A stretch of DNA of 53,529 nucleotides from Chiloscyllium plagiosum. Lineage: Eukaryota. Shown here in pieces: positions 14,120-26,400 of this stretch; positions within the stretch are counted from its first letter, which is position 1; each line of letters opens with the position of its first letter. The notes beneath the pieces are model-generated. The model did no database searches, was not told the origin of the DNA, and saw nothing but the letters and a program-made list of their open reading frames with translations. A program made the translations under genes and the position numbers. The stretch covers positions 1 to 53,529 of the forward strand of contig NW_025215060.1 of NCBI RefSeq assembly GCF_004010195.1, read 5' to 3'.

Positions 14120-14937
14120 AAGGGTTCAGAAAAGATTAATAACAATGTTGCCAAGGTTGGAGGAGTATAGGGAGAAGCTAAATATGCTGGGGTTATTTTG
14201 CCCTGGAGTGTTGGAGGCTGAAGTGTGACCTTATAGAGGTTTATAAAATCATGAGGGACATGGATAGGGTGAATAGTCAAGGTCTTATCCCTGAAGTGTG
14301 GGAGTCCAAATTAGATTAGATTAGATTAGATTACTTACAGTGTGGAAACAGGCCCTTCAATCCAGCAAGTCCACACCGACCCACAGAAGCACAACCCACC
14401 CAGCCCCATTCCCCTACATTTACCCCTTCACCTAACACTACAGGCAATTTGGCGTGGCGAATTCATCTAACCTGCACATTTTTGGACTGTGGGAGGAAAC
14501 TGGAGCACCCAGAGGAAACCCACGCAGACACGGGGAGAATGTGTAAACTCCACACAGTCAGTCACCTGAGGCGGGAATTGAACCCGGGTCTCTGGCGCTG
14601 TAAGGCAGCAGTGCTAACCATTATGCCTCCGTACTGCCCACCCAAATCTAGAGGGCATAGGTTTAAGGTGAGAGGGGAAAGATTTAAAAGAAACCTAAAG
14701 GGCAACTTATTCACGCAGAGTGTGGTGCGAGTAAGCAATGAGCTGTCAGAGGAAGTAGTGGAGGCTGGTACAATTACAACATTTAAAAGGCCATCGAGAT
14801 GGCTATATGAATAGGAAGGGTTTAGAGGGATAATGGCCAAGTGCTGGCAAATGGGACTAGATTAGTTTAGGGTATCTAGTCAGCATGGATGAGTTGGATT
14901 GAAGGGTCTGTTTCGATGCTGTACAGCTCAATGACTC
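14120..14937 (+). mobile_element. CR1/HER1 3' fragment interrupted by an HE1 SINE
   Basis: ORF2 C-terminal motifs (RGHRFKVRGERFK..FTQSVV) lie on both sides of the SINE. Confidence 0.85.
14312..14641 (-). mobile_element. HE1-type V-SINE
   Basis: tRNA-like head, V-domain (gtgtggagtttgcacattctccccgtgtctgcgtgggtttcctc), (AATCT)n tail and TSD ccaaat. Confidence 0.88.
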
Positions 14938-16080
14938 AAAGTACCAAATGAATGATTTATCATATCTTGGTCTCTTCCTTAAACCTAGAGTTAACTGATT
15001 CACTTCATGTTATGACAAAAAACAGCAGGGTTCATTGGATATATCCTCAAGGCTTTGGGCTCTAATATATCACAGCTATCATATTTCAATACTCTCTTCC
15101 AATTTAGCTATGTCTCTAACCAAGCTGGTTCTAGTACTGACAGCTGACCAATAAAGTAGAAAATTGTTCATTTCACAATCGGATTTGGCCAATCCATCTG
15201 CTTTCAATCATCAGTAAAATGATGGGAGGTGTTACTGACAAGTGATACTCACTCACCATTAAACTACTAACCAATGCTCAAGCTTGGTTCAACTACGACA
15301 ACTCAGCTTCGGACCACATTACATTCTTTGTTGAAACATCAGACAAAAGAACTAAGCTCCAAAGACATGTGAGAGCAACAATTTCACTTCAAGACAGTAT
15401 TTGATCCAGTGTAGTACCAGAAGCCCAAGAAAACTGGTTGATGAGAAAGAGAGAAACCTCTCTTCTCACTGGAGTCATAGCCAGCACAAATTAAAGTAGT
15501 TTTGGCTCTTAAAGGGCAATATCAGTTGCAATACATCACTGCAAAATTTCTTCACGCGGTGTGCTTTGTTCAACTATCTTTAGCCACTTCAATAACTTTT
15601 CCTGCATCATGAGGTTAGAATTGGCCAGAAACTGAATTGGAACAGCCAAATAAATACTGTAGCTATGCGAGCAGGTCAGAAACTTCTTTAAAAATTTATC
15701 TGTGGGATGAATGCATTGCTGGATGGCCAACATGTACTGCCTGTCCTTAGCTGTCCTTGAGAAGATGTCGATGAGCTGTCTTCTTGAACCACTGTAGTCC
15801 ATCAGCTGTGTTAACTCACAATGCCCTTAGGGTGGGAATTCCAGGATTTTGACCCAATGATAATGAAGTAACAGCAATATAATGGCTTGGAAGGAAACGT
15901 GAAGGTGGTAATGTTGCTTTGCATCTACTGCTCTTGTCCTTCTGGATAAAAGTGGTTGTGGGTTTGGAAGGTGCTGTCTGAGGATCTTTGGTGAATATAT
16001 ACACTGCTGCTACTAAGCTTCAGTGATGGAGAGAATGGATGGTCATGGATATAGTGTCAATCAAGCTGGCTGCTTTTCCT

Positions 16081-16340
16081 GCTTCTTGAGTGGTGTTGGA
16101 GCTACTCTCATTCAGGAAAGTGGGGAATATTCTGTCACACTCGTGACCTGTGCCTTGCAGATGGTAGACAGACTCTGGGAATAGGTGAAGGTGGGTACTG
16201 CAGATGCTGGAGATTAGAGTCAAGGAATATGTCAAGCTTCTTGAGGGTTGATGGAGCTACACTCATTCAAGCAAGTGTGGAATATTCTATCACACTCATG
16301 ACTTGTGCCTTGCAGATGGTAAACAGGCTCTGGGAATAGG
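16081..16340 (+). repeat. 105-bp direct repeat (16081-16185, 16236-16340) flanking a 50-bp Penelope-tail fragment
   Basis: gcttcttgag...tgtgccttgcagatggta...ctctgggaatagg occurs twice; the spacer contains gtactgcagatgctggagattagagtcaag. Confidence 0.9.
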
Positions 16341-16851
16341 AAGGGAAATACACCCTAAAATGTTCCTAGCTTCTGACCTGCTCTTGTAGCTGAAAATTAA
16401 ATAACACACTGTCTGACTCCCCACAGATCTTTCTCCATGTATAAGGCAAAATCAGCAATGTGATAGAATACTCTCCACTTGCCTGGATCAGTATAGTTCA
16501 AAATGCTCAACATTAATCATAACAAAGCAGCTTGCTTGACTGGCAACCCTTCCACCACATTAAACATAGAAATATAGAAGACAGAAATAGAAGTAATCCA
16601 TTCAAGCCCTCAAGCCTGGTGATCATCAAACTCAATCCCCTAATCCTGCATCCCAGACCACTGCAAGCCCTTAAGCCACAAGAGCTATATCTACTTGCTT
16701 CTTGAAAACACAACGTTCTGACTTCAACCATAGAGTCATAGATGTGTACAGCATGGAAACAGATCCTTTGTTCCAACTTGTCCATGCCAACCAGATATCC
16801 TAAATTAATCTAGTCCCATTTGCCACCACTTGGTCCATTTCCTTTAAAACT

Positions 16852-18632
16852 CGTCTGCTCCTATCCCTCTGATGGAGAGGAAATGGAGCAGACGGTATGG
16901 GAAAGTATTTAATTGGAGGAGGGGGAATTATAATGTTTTTAGGCAGGAACTGGGGAGCTTAAATTGGGAACAGAAGTCCTCAGGGAAATGCACGACAGAA
17001 ATGTGGAGGTTGTTTCGGAAACACTTACTGATAGTGCTGGACAGGTTTGTCCCACTGAGGCAAGGAAGGGACGTAGGTTGAAAGAACCATGGGTGACAAG
17101 GGACGTGGAGTATCTAGTCAAGAGGAAGGAGGAAGCTTACTTAAGGTTAAGGAGGCAAGGATCAGACAGGGCTCGAGAGGGTTACAAAGTAGCCAGGAAA
17201 GAACTGAAGAATGGACTTAGGAGAGCTAGAATGGGGCATGAAAAAGCTTTAGTGGGTGGAATTAAGGAAAACCCCAAGGCATTCTATACTTACATAAGGA
17301 ACAAGAGGATGGTCAGTGAGGGTAGGGCCAATCAGGGATAGTGAAGGAAACTTGTGCCTGGAGTTGGAAGAGATAGGTGAGGTCCTTCATGGATATGGCT
17401 TCAGTATTCACTACTGAAAGGGATCTTGATGTTTCGGAGAACAGCATGAAATAGACTGATATGCTTGAACAGGTTGATGTTAAGGAGGATGTGCTGAAAA
17501 TTTTGAAAATCGTAAGGGTACATAAATCCCCTGGGCCATACGGGATATACCTTGGGTTACTAAAGGAAGTGAGGGAAGAGATTGCTACGTCTTCGGCAAT
17601 GATCTTTGCATCCTCACTGTCAACTGGAGTAGTGCCTGATGATTGGAGGGTGGCAAATGTTATTCCCTTGTTCAAGAAAGGGAATAGGAATAATCCTGGG
17701 AATTACAGACCAGTCAGTCTCACATCTGTGGTGGGTGAAGCATTGGAGAGGATTCTGAGAGACAGGATTTACGATTACTTGGAAAACCATAGTTTGATTA
17801 GAGATAGTCAGCATGGCTTTGTGAGGGGCAGGTCATGCTTCACAAACCTTATTAGAATTCTATGACGATGTGACAAAACACGTTGCTGAAGGTAGAGTAG
17901 TGGATGTGGTGTACATGAGTTTTAGCAAGGCGTTTGATCAGGTTCCCCATCGTAGGCTCATTCAGAAAATAAGGAAGCATGGGAAACCTGGCTGTCAGGA
18001 TACAGAATTGGCTGCCATGTAGAAGACAAAGGTGATGGTAGATGGAAAGTAATCAGCTTGGAGCTTGGTGACCAGTGGTATTCTGCAGGATCAGTTCTGG
18101 GACCTCTGCTATTTGTGATTTTTATAAATGACTTGGATAAGGAAGTGGAAGGGTGGGTTACTAAGTTTGCTGATGACACAAAGGTCAGTGGAGTGGTAAA
18201 TACTGTGGAGGGCTGTTGTTGGACATTGACAGGATGCAGAACCGGACTGATAAGTAGCAGATGGAGGTCAACCTGGAAAAGTGTGAAGTGATTCAACCTT
18301 TGGAAGGTTCAATTTGAATACAGAATACAGGGTTAAAGGCAGGATTCTTGACAGCGTGGAGGAACAGAGGGATCTTGGAAGCAATACAATGAACGGTATG
18401 TAGGTTAATTTTATCTTCAAGTAGGATAAAAGGTCAGCACAACATCGAGGGCCGAAGAGCCTGTATTGTGCTGGGCAAAAGTGAGTACTGCAGATGCTGG
18501 AGATTAGAGTCAAGCGTGTGCTGCTGGAAAAGCACAGCAAATCAGGCAGCATCCAAGGAGCAGGAAAATGACGTTTTGGGCAAAAGCCCTTCATCAGGAA
18601 ACTGTGTACTGTGCTGTACTGTTCTATGTTTG
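16852..18632 (+). mobile_element. CR1 LINE ORF2 fragment
   Basis: ORFs 16964-18291 ([56 protein letters not shown]). Flanked by aaactc repeats inside an opposite-strand CR1 tail. Confidence 0.88.
18474..18604 (-). mobile_element. Short Penelope pseudo-LTR fragment with hammerhead remnant
   Basis: Same family as 7233-7360. The minus strand reads CTGATGA-A-GGGC-TTTT-GCCC-AAAAC-GTC (18597-18570). It is flanked by tgtattgtgctg/tgtactgtgctg (18462-18473 and 18605-18616). Confidence 0.75.
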
Positions 18633-18773
18633 AAACTCTTTCTATTAGTGTACGCATCCAGGTGCCTTTTAAATGTTGGAATTGCACCAGCCTCCACTGC
18701 TTCCTCTGGCAGTTTATTCCATACATGTATCACCCTTTGCGTGAAAAAGTTGCCCCTTAGGTCCCTTCTAAAT

Positions 18774-19091
18774 GTGGGCGGCTCGGGGGCACATTGGTTA
18801 GCACTGTTGCCTCACTGCGCCAGAAACCCGGGTTCAATTCCCGCCTCAGGCGACTCTCTGTGTGGAGTTTGCACATTCTCCCCCTGTCTGTGTGCGTTTC
18901 CTCCAGGTGCTCTGGTTTCCTCCCACAATCCAAAGATATGCAGGTCAGGTGAATTGGCTATGCTAAATTGCTCGTAGTATTAGGCGAAGGGGTAAATATA
19001 GGGGAATGGGTCTGAGTGGATTTCGCTTCAGCGGGTCGGTGTGGACTTATTGGGCCAAAGGGCCTGTTTCCACACTGTAAGTAATCTAAAT
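18774..19091 (+). mobile_element. HE1-type V-SINE
   Basis: Same V-domain and tail as the other copies; TSD ctaaat. Confidence 0.88.
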
Positions 19092-20394
19092 CTAAATCTT
19101 TCCCCTCTCACCCTAACTATATGCCCTCTTGTTCTGGACTCCCACACCCCAGGGAAAAGACTGCCAGAGGATGTACAATTGCAACATTGGAGGCATTTGG
19201 ATTGGTATATGAATAGGAAGGGTTTGGAGGGATATGGGCCGGGCGCTGGCAGGTGGGACTAGACTGGGTTAGGATATATGGATGGGTTGGACCGAAGGGT
19301 CTGTTTCCATGCTGTACATCTCTATGACTCTATTTATCCTATCCATGCCCTTCATGATTTTATAAACCTCTATAAGCACTTTCTGTGGTTGTGAATTCCA
19401 CAGACTCACCACTCTGTTAGAAGAAATTTCTCCTTATAAACTATGAACTCTGGTTCCAGACTGCCCCCCCCCCCAACATTGAGGACATCCTTCCTGCATG
19501 TAATCTGTCTAGCCGTTTTCGAAGTTTATACATTTCTATGAGATCCCCACTTATTCTTCTAAATTCCAGTGAATACAATTGCAACCGACTCAATCTCTTC
19601 TCATGTCAGTCCTGCTTTCACAGGAATCGATTTAGTAAATCTTGCTGCATTCCCACTCCTTCTTTAGATATAGAGGCCAAAACTGTACAAAATGATCTAA
19701 GTGTGGCCTCACCAATGCCCTGTACAATTGCAGTAAGGTAGCCTTTTCCTGTATTTGAATCCTCTCGCTAAGAAGGCCAACACACATTCAATACCACCTC
19801 CATCTCTGAAGCATGGTCACAGTAATGTGCAACTGATGCACTGAAACAAGGCTTCTTCAACTAACAAACCAGTGACTTCTCTCACTTAGAAAATCAAGGA
19901 CAGCAGACATGTGAGAACACCACGACCTATAGATTTTCTTCCAATCAGTTATTTTCTAGGCTTAGACTATATTGCTGCTCCTTTATTGTCAAAGTGAAAT
20001 TCCAAGAACTCCCTCTCCATGTCACAGTGTGTAACTTCAGAACAAAAAAAGTGGTGACTCATCACCATCTTTTCAGGGAAATTAGGGATGGGTTGGAAAT
20101 GCTAGCCTTGTTAATGATGATCACATTCCACAAGCAATTTAAGAGTTATGAATCCACCAATTAATAAAAATGGTGCAGCATGTATTCATGAATCTGCATG
20201 AAAACCTCACTAAACATTCACTTGTGAATAGTGTGTTGAACTATATGCAAAATTGGCATATAATGACATTACTCAAATTTTCACTGCTCTGTTGCCAAGA
20301 TGTGCATTCTTCAGGAGCCAGGTTTAATTTAAAATTAATCCTGTATCCTCTAATGTAGGCAGGGCTCCCTGATTGGACCAGATTATTTTTCTTC

Positions 20395-20740
20395 TTTAAT
20401 TATTCACGGGAAGAGGGTGTCACTGGTCAGGCAGCGTTTATTGCTCAACCTTAATTGCCCAGAAGGCAGTTAATAGTCAACCACATTGCTGTGAGTCTGT
20501 AGTCCAGACCAGGTAAGGATGGCAGTTTCCTTCCCTAAAAACACCAGTGAACCAGATGGATTTTCCTGACAACTGACAATGGATTCATGGTCATCGGTAG
20601 ACCCTTAATTCCAGATATTTTTATTGAATTCAAATTCTACCATCTGCTGTGATGGGACTCAAACTCGGGTCCCTGGACATTAGCTGGGTCTCTGGGTTTA
20701 CAGTCCAACAATAATATCACGAGGCCATCACCTCCCCATA
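20395..20740 (-). mobile_element. tRNA-derived SINE (second family)
   Basis: Homologous to 36585-37100 and 38700-39025 (accacattgctgtg..tctg.agtc, cagtgaaccagatgg). It appears to be inserted in an LTR-like sequence related to 28270-28500. Confidence 0.7.
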
Positions 20741-20809
20741 AACAGCCCCAATCAGAGAACTCATACTATGAGGTCATCTGACTGACCTTGTTACAATCAC
20801 AACATTCTG

Positions 20810-21290
20810 ATAAATCTCCTTTGCATCCCCTCCAATGCAATCACATCCTTCCCATTGTGCATTGATCATAACTGCACATCCAACTCCACTTATAGCCTAT
20901 CCAAGTTCTGTATAGCTCCAACATAATCCCTCTGCTTTTATAATCTATGCCTTGACTGATGAAGGCAAAGGTACCACATTCCTTTTTAACTACCCTCTTA
21001 ACCTGCCCTGCCACTTTCAGGGAGCTGTGAACAAGCATCCAAATATCTCTCTATTCCTGAGGTTCCTAGTTTCTTGCCATTCATCGAATACTCAGTTGTC
21101 TTGTTACTTCTTCCGAAGTGCATCATTCACACTTCTCAGGGTTAAATTCCATTGCCACTGATCTGCCCATCTGACCAATCCATCAATATCCACCTTTAAC
21201 TTAAGACCTTCTTCCTCACTCACAACCACTCAGCCAACCTTTATGTTGTCTGTAAACGCATTTACCACCCTGCCCACATTCTCATCTTAA
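20810..21290 (-). mobile_element. CR1 ORF2 fragment
   Basis: ORF 20841..21038 reads VHSSLKVAGQV.RVVKK..FISQGIDYKS..ELYRT. Confidence 0.8.
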
Positions 21291-22809
21291 TCATTATATC
21301 AATGAAAATGACTGATTTTGAAAACGTGAAGTTAATCCTTGATCTGAGGTGTCTTGAACAAGATGAAAAATGTAATAAAACTGACAACATAGTGCTCTAA
21401 AACACGAGGATGCTCTTTTCAAAGGATCACCCTCACCCAAAACCCTTGAATGTAAGGGACATTGGTTCTTGTGACCATCAATACGAATTTCTTGTTTAAA
21501 ATCGGTGTTTGTAAACATTCAATATCTTGCTCCAAAGAATTACCATACAAAAAGCTCATTTGTTAGTATCATCGTGTTTTACATTGAAGAAAGAGATCAT
21601 TCAGCCCATCGGGTCTGTATTGCCTCCCAAAAGCGCTATCCAGCTAGTCCCATTCTCCAGTTCTGTTGCCAGCCCTATTGATGCCTGAAATTTCAAAATT
21701 CAGCCAGAAATGCTGGTGGATAGCAAATATAGATCATCTGGATTGGAAAAGCACAGCAATACAACTGAAAGAATCCATTCTACCTCACAGTACAGATAAA
21801 TTGTTGATTATTATTAGTTACTGTTGAAAACTTCCAGGGTAAAAAGTGGGTCACTTAACTGTGAGCCCTTCAGCTGACATGTTTCTTGCTCTCAAGTGCA
21901 TAATTGCTGTGACTGCATTTTAAAATAATTCATTAAGGCCCAGATTGTACTTTCTTTTTCAAGTGCAAACTATTCGCAAGTTCAACACATTAAACAAAAG
22001 ATTTCATTACCAGCACCCCACAAAGTTCATGACAGAGGTTATGAGAAACTCTACTGGAACAATACTCACACTGTATTTTAAATGGAGTTTGCATTTCCAA
22101 TTTTTCTGCAACTTTACAAACACTTTGCTACAGTTTTATTCAACAAAGGGGGAGTTGAACAATTGGCACTGTATTTCTAGGGTTACAGTATCAAGTAAGC
22201 TATAAGAAATGGACCCAACTCACATTCCCTAAACTCTAATATTATTCTTTCCTTACGAGATTCAAACTAAAAGACATCAGTATCTCAGCCTCAGATGCAA
22301 GAATGATGTCTGATTTTTGCCCATCTTAACACATGCTGTTCCGGGAACGACTTATTACTCACTCAAGGTCCTGGAGCTGACCAGCACACTTCAAGCTGGT
22401 GCTACATTCAGAAGTCCATCGAGTACTTGGAGAAGCAGTTAGTCTATAGCTGTCCTGTACAGTTCCCAACATTTGGCATAGACATGGCAGACAGGGGAAA
22501 ACTGCACTCTGGTTTGCATGCACAGTGCTGGAGTTCCTATTAAACACATGCTGCATAGGCAGGATTCCGTCTTCCCCAACATAAGCACTGGAGGCTAGCC
22601 TGGTCCGAGATCACCATCCAGCTTTAATCAATCTCAGTTGCCTGGAAGAATGTCCACATTTCAGATATAACCCTTCTTCAGGAATGAAGGTGGGGTAGGG
22701 AGAGCTACAGATAAGGCGGCAATGGCGGGGGGGGGGGGGAGGTGATGGGCACAACGGTGAGGTAGTGGTAACTGAACACAGGTAGTGGGTATGACCCAGT
22801 TGGTTGATG

Positions 22810-23471
22810 TGCTATGGTTTTCAGCATGCCTTAGTCTACCAAAGCAGATGGCCTTTGCAGAGGGGATCCTGACAGAGTAAGTCAAGGGAAACCTCTAATA
22901 TCAATCAAGACCCTGCTTGGGATGGTCAGTGGATTCTCTGCTGATCAGCACATCCCATTTTGACTCTTCCCTGCCTTCGAAGCTCGGGAAAACAGCCCCA
23001 GCCTATTCAGCTTGTCCCTATAACTCAAACCCTCTAACCCTGGCATCCTTGTAAAACTTTTCTGAACCTTTTCAAGTTTCACAACATCCCTGCTATTGGA
23101 GGGAGACCAGAATTGCACACAATATTTCAAAAGTACCTCCTGTACAGCCACAACATGACCACCCAGCTCCAAGACTTGCTACTTACTCATTCACTTGGGA
23201 AAGGTCCTCTCCTGTACCAATAGTAATTATTGTGTCACCGCCTTTCATGTTCAATCACACCTGCATCTCTCTCAATCCAAGAGAAAAAAAGCCCACAATA
23301 GGCAGGAAGGGTCAAAACAGGTGATGAGCTGATCAGCAGAGAATCCTGACACTGACCATCCCAAGCAGGGTCTAGATTGGTATTGGAGGTTTCCTTTGAC
23401 TTACTCTGTCAGGATCCCTTCTGCAAAGGATATCTGCTTTGGTAGACTAAGGCCTGCTGACAACCATGGCA
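22810..23471. repeat. Inverted repeat, arms 22810-22976 and 23300-23471
   Basis: Manual alignment shows near-continuous reverse complementarity, e.g. gccttagtctaccaaagcagat / atctgctttggtagactaaggc and gggatcctgacagagtaagtcaa / ttgacttactctgtcaggatccc. Confidence 0.95.
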
Positions 23472-26400
23472 AGTTTCTGTGTCTGCATTAAATGGCATGA
23501 TTAGACACTTGTAATATGAGCCCAGTATTTCTTGCTGAGACAGCAATGCTCAGGGCGACGCCACACCATGACAGCAAGCAAAGAGCCCGAAGTTGCAGCC
23601 TGGTCCAGTCCATGATCTGGGTGCATGTCCCTGGTCACACATATTGTTGCAGCATCACAATGATAGTTGATGGTGCAGCTCAATGTGTCGCACTGAAGTA
23701 CCATGAGGGTTTATATAGGCTGGCACATATCAGATACCAATGTCCATGTATGTGCAGTGTGTGTGGCTACTGCACATGGACTGTGCATGATATCTAACAA
23801 GTAAATGTTTAGGAACAAGAAGTGAGTTGATCCCACACTGGTTTCCATTTTGAGTTTTCCCCATGTCTACATTGTATGCGAGTTTGGCAAAATTACAATC
23901 CATGCTGACATGGGCCATTAACAAGGTACTGAACACACAATAATGAGTGTCAACTGGAAATTTGCCATTGTGCAGTGAGAAACACCATATGCTGAGTAAA
24001 GTGAATAAGATGCAGTGAGATGATGTCAACATAGAGATGGGGCTTGCCGAATAAAAATTAAAACTGTTGCAATGAAATAATACAAGCACTAAGAAATTAA
24101 TATGAATCAAAATTCTTAACCATCAATTTAATAGCTTGAATAAATAAAAACCAAAACTTATACTTAGAAATGTTATTTAATGCGACTCCTTTTCATTAAT
24201 ATTTAAAAGAAAATGAAATCATGAATATCTCCAGAACTATAGTTTGGTTTTGAAATTTTTGTGCTTTCATCCCAAAAAAGTTATGACTTTTTTTTTCATG
24301 AGTTATGTGAGAAATTACATGTCTCTAGGCTAAAAAGCATGGGATTAAACTTTACAGGAACAAATACAATAAAGGTCATGGACCTAATAGTGACTTTTTT
24401 TTTTAAAGAAATATCTCTTTTGTTGTGAAAAAATGTATTGAGGAAAAAAACAAATAAAAATCTCAATTCTTCAAATCTCACCAGTTCTCAGCATATCACA
24501 GAGTTAAGAATTCTTCAGTGAGTCATCAAGTCAACCATAAAATCTGACAGAATAATGTCCAAATGATTTTGGACAAATGAAAAATGAATCACAAGTTTAG
24601 CAGATAATCAAATCCTCAGCCAAACCAAAGATTTATCTTAATTCTTCCTGACAGGAGTGACCACCAGCTCTTCTGATCATTTGATTGTATTTAGCCATCC
24701 AGCAGTTAACATTCCAAAATTTGCAATCTTGATGGGCAGCTGCTAATAAAAACTAATAAAAGTCAACATCGAAAGCACATGCATTAGATGAGATTCATTT
24801 GAGAGTATAAGTTGCAAATTATACATTGTTAGTACATTAAACCTTAACGACGGGACAAAATAAATCTTGTGAATAGGATCACCAAACTTTGAGAGATTTG
24901 TTGCTACTTTTCATAGGATCACTGTGTAGGAAAGTACAAATTGGATAGCAGGCCTTGACAAAAATTGGTACACAAGGAGTGGACTGTTTCTTTAAAATAA
25001 AAATCTGGTGGTAAAAGTGTAAAGATAAATGCGTGCGTATTGTCTTTGAATACATGTGCATATGAAAATGGAAAATAATTACTACCTTTTAGATGAGTTG
25101 GTGCACATTCTATTGACATTAATGAATAAAGGAGGATAGTTGCTTTTGAAACACACCTGCCAATACAATTAAATCACAATTCTGACTCAGATGGGTGGGA
25201 GACTGTAGGGCAAGTTAATACAGTTTGCAATGCAGCAGGTGTTCAGCAGCCTCAGGAGTATTAGAGTTAAGTGCGTTCAACATATTTCTTAAAGAATGCA
25301 TGGAACAGATCTAAATATGCAAATAAAATGCATAGTTTTCACCTCTATTCCTTTTCTCAACAGTAGTATTTTGGTATTCAGGAAATTAATGTATTAATAT
25401 ATTGAGTATGCCTAGACGAAGAACAGTAAACAATTGCATGAGACAAAACAGAAGGAAGCAGCCTTTGCCTTTTCCAGGCTATTAATCAGTAAAGTCTACA
25501 TGTGTCAACAAGTTTTGAGGTGTGATGGCACCAAGTGCAAAGTAACTGACATTTTTGATGCTTATATGTTTAAAACATTTAAATCAACACAGGCGGTGCA
25601 ACAAGAGCAGAATGAGGAACAAAATATCCTGATTTAGCCTCTTTTTAAAAGCACAGCATAGGAATTCCACTTATTTTTCTTCATTCTACAGATTCTTCCC
25701 AAGATGAGGGTTTGCCAAGTAGCTTTAAGTTTGCTGGGCTAATATTCTGGACCTCCCTGGTTGTATCCACACTACATAGACTGCAGCATTTCATGAAAAC
25801 AGCGCACCATTACTTCTTAGGTTTGATTAGCGATATATAATAAATGCTGCCTACCCAGTGGTGCCCATATTTCTTGACTGAATAAAAAGTAGAATGTTGG
25901 TCTACACCTGCTGTTTTGAGGTTTCACCTCAGAATGTTGGAACATATTCCTTTCAGTTTAATAACAAAGTATGAATATATCTATATTCCATATTTATTAC
26001 CACATACATGAGTAAATCAAATTGCATGATTGCAGGAGTTCCACCAACAGTTGAACTTTCCGTCGTCTCCACAAGATTCTGTCTAGTTAATCTAGTACAA
26101 GCGGGTCAGATTCTATCCAGCTTCAAAATGGTGAGTAGGTTTGTCCTGATCATGTTTTTTGCCATGTGGTGATTTGAAACTGTATACTTCCAACACTTCT
26201 GCTGCGCTGATGGATCCATTCATGAATTTGTTCGAAACCACAGTTTCAGATATCTTCAAATTAACTGAAGCATTTGAGAGCAATTTCCATATATCCAAAA
26301 TAAACATGAAGTTGCCTTCAGTCTAGCATGCTGAAGAGTTCACCCTGATGCCTGAATGTTTCCAGATTTAGGTTTATCAGCTATTTGAATAGCAAATATT

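Noticed and set aside
18774..18850. tRNA-like A/B boxes here and at other SINE heads
   Set aside because: These are SINE heads continuing into V-domain or other SINE bodies, not tRNA genes.
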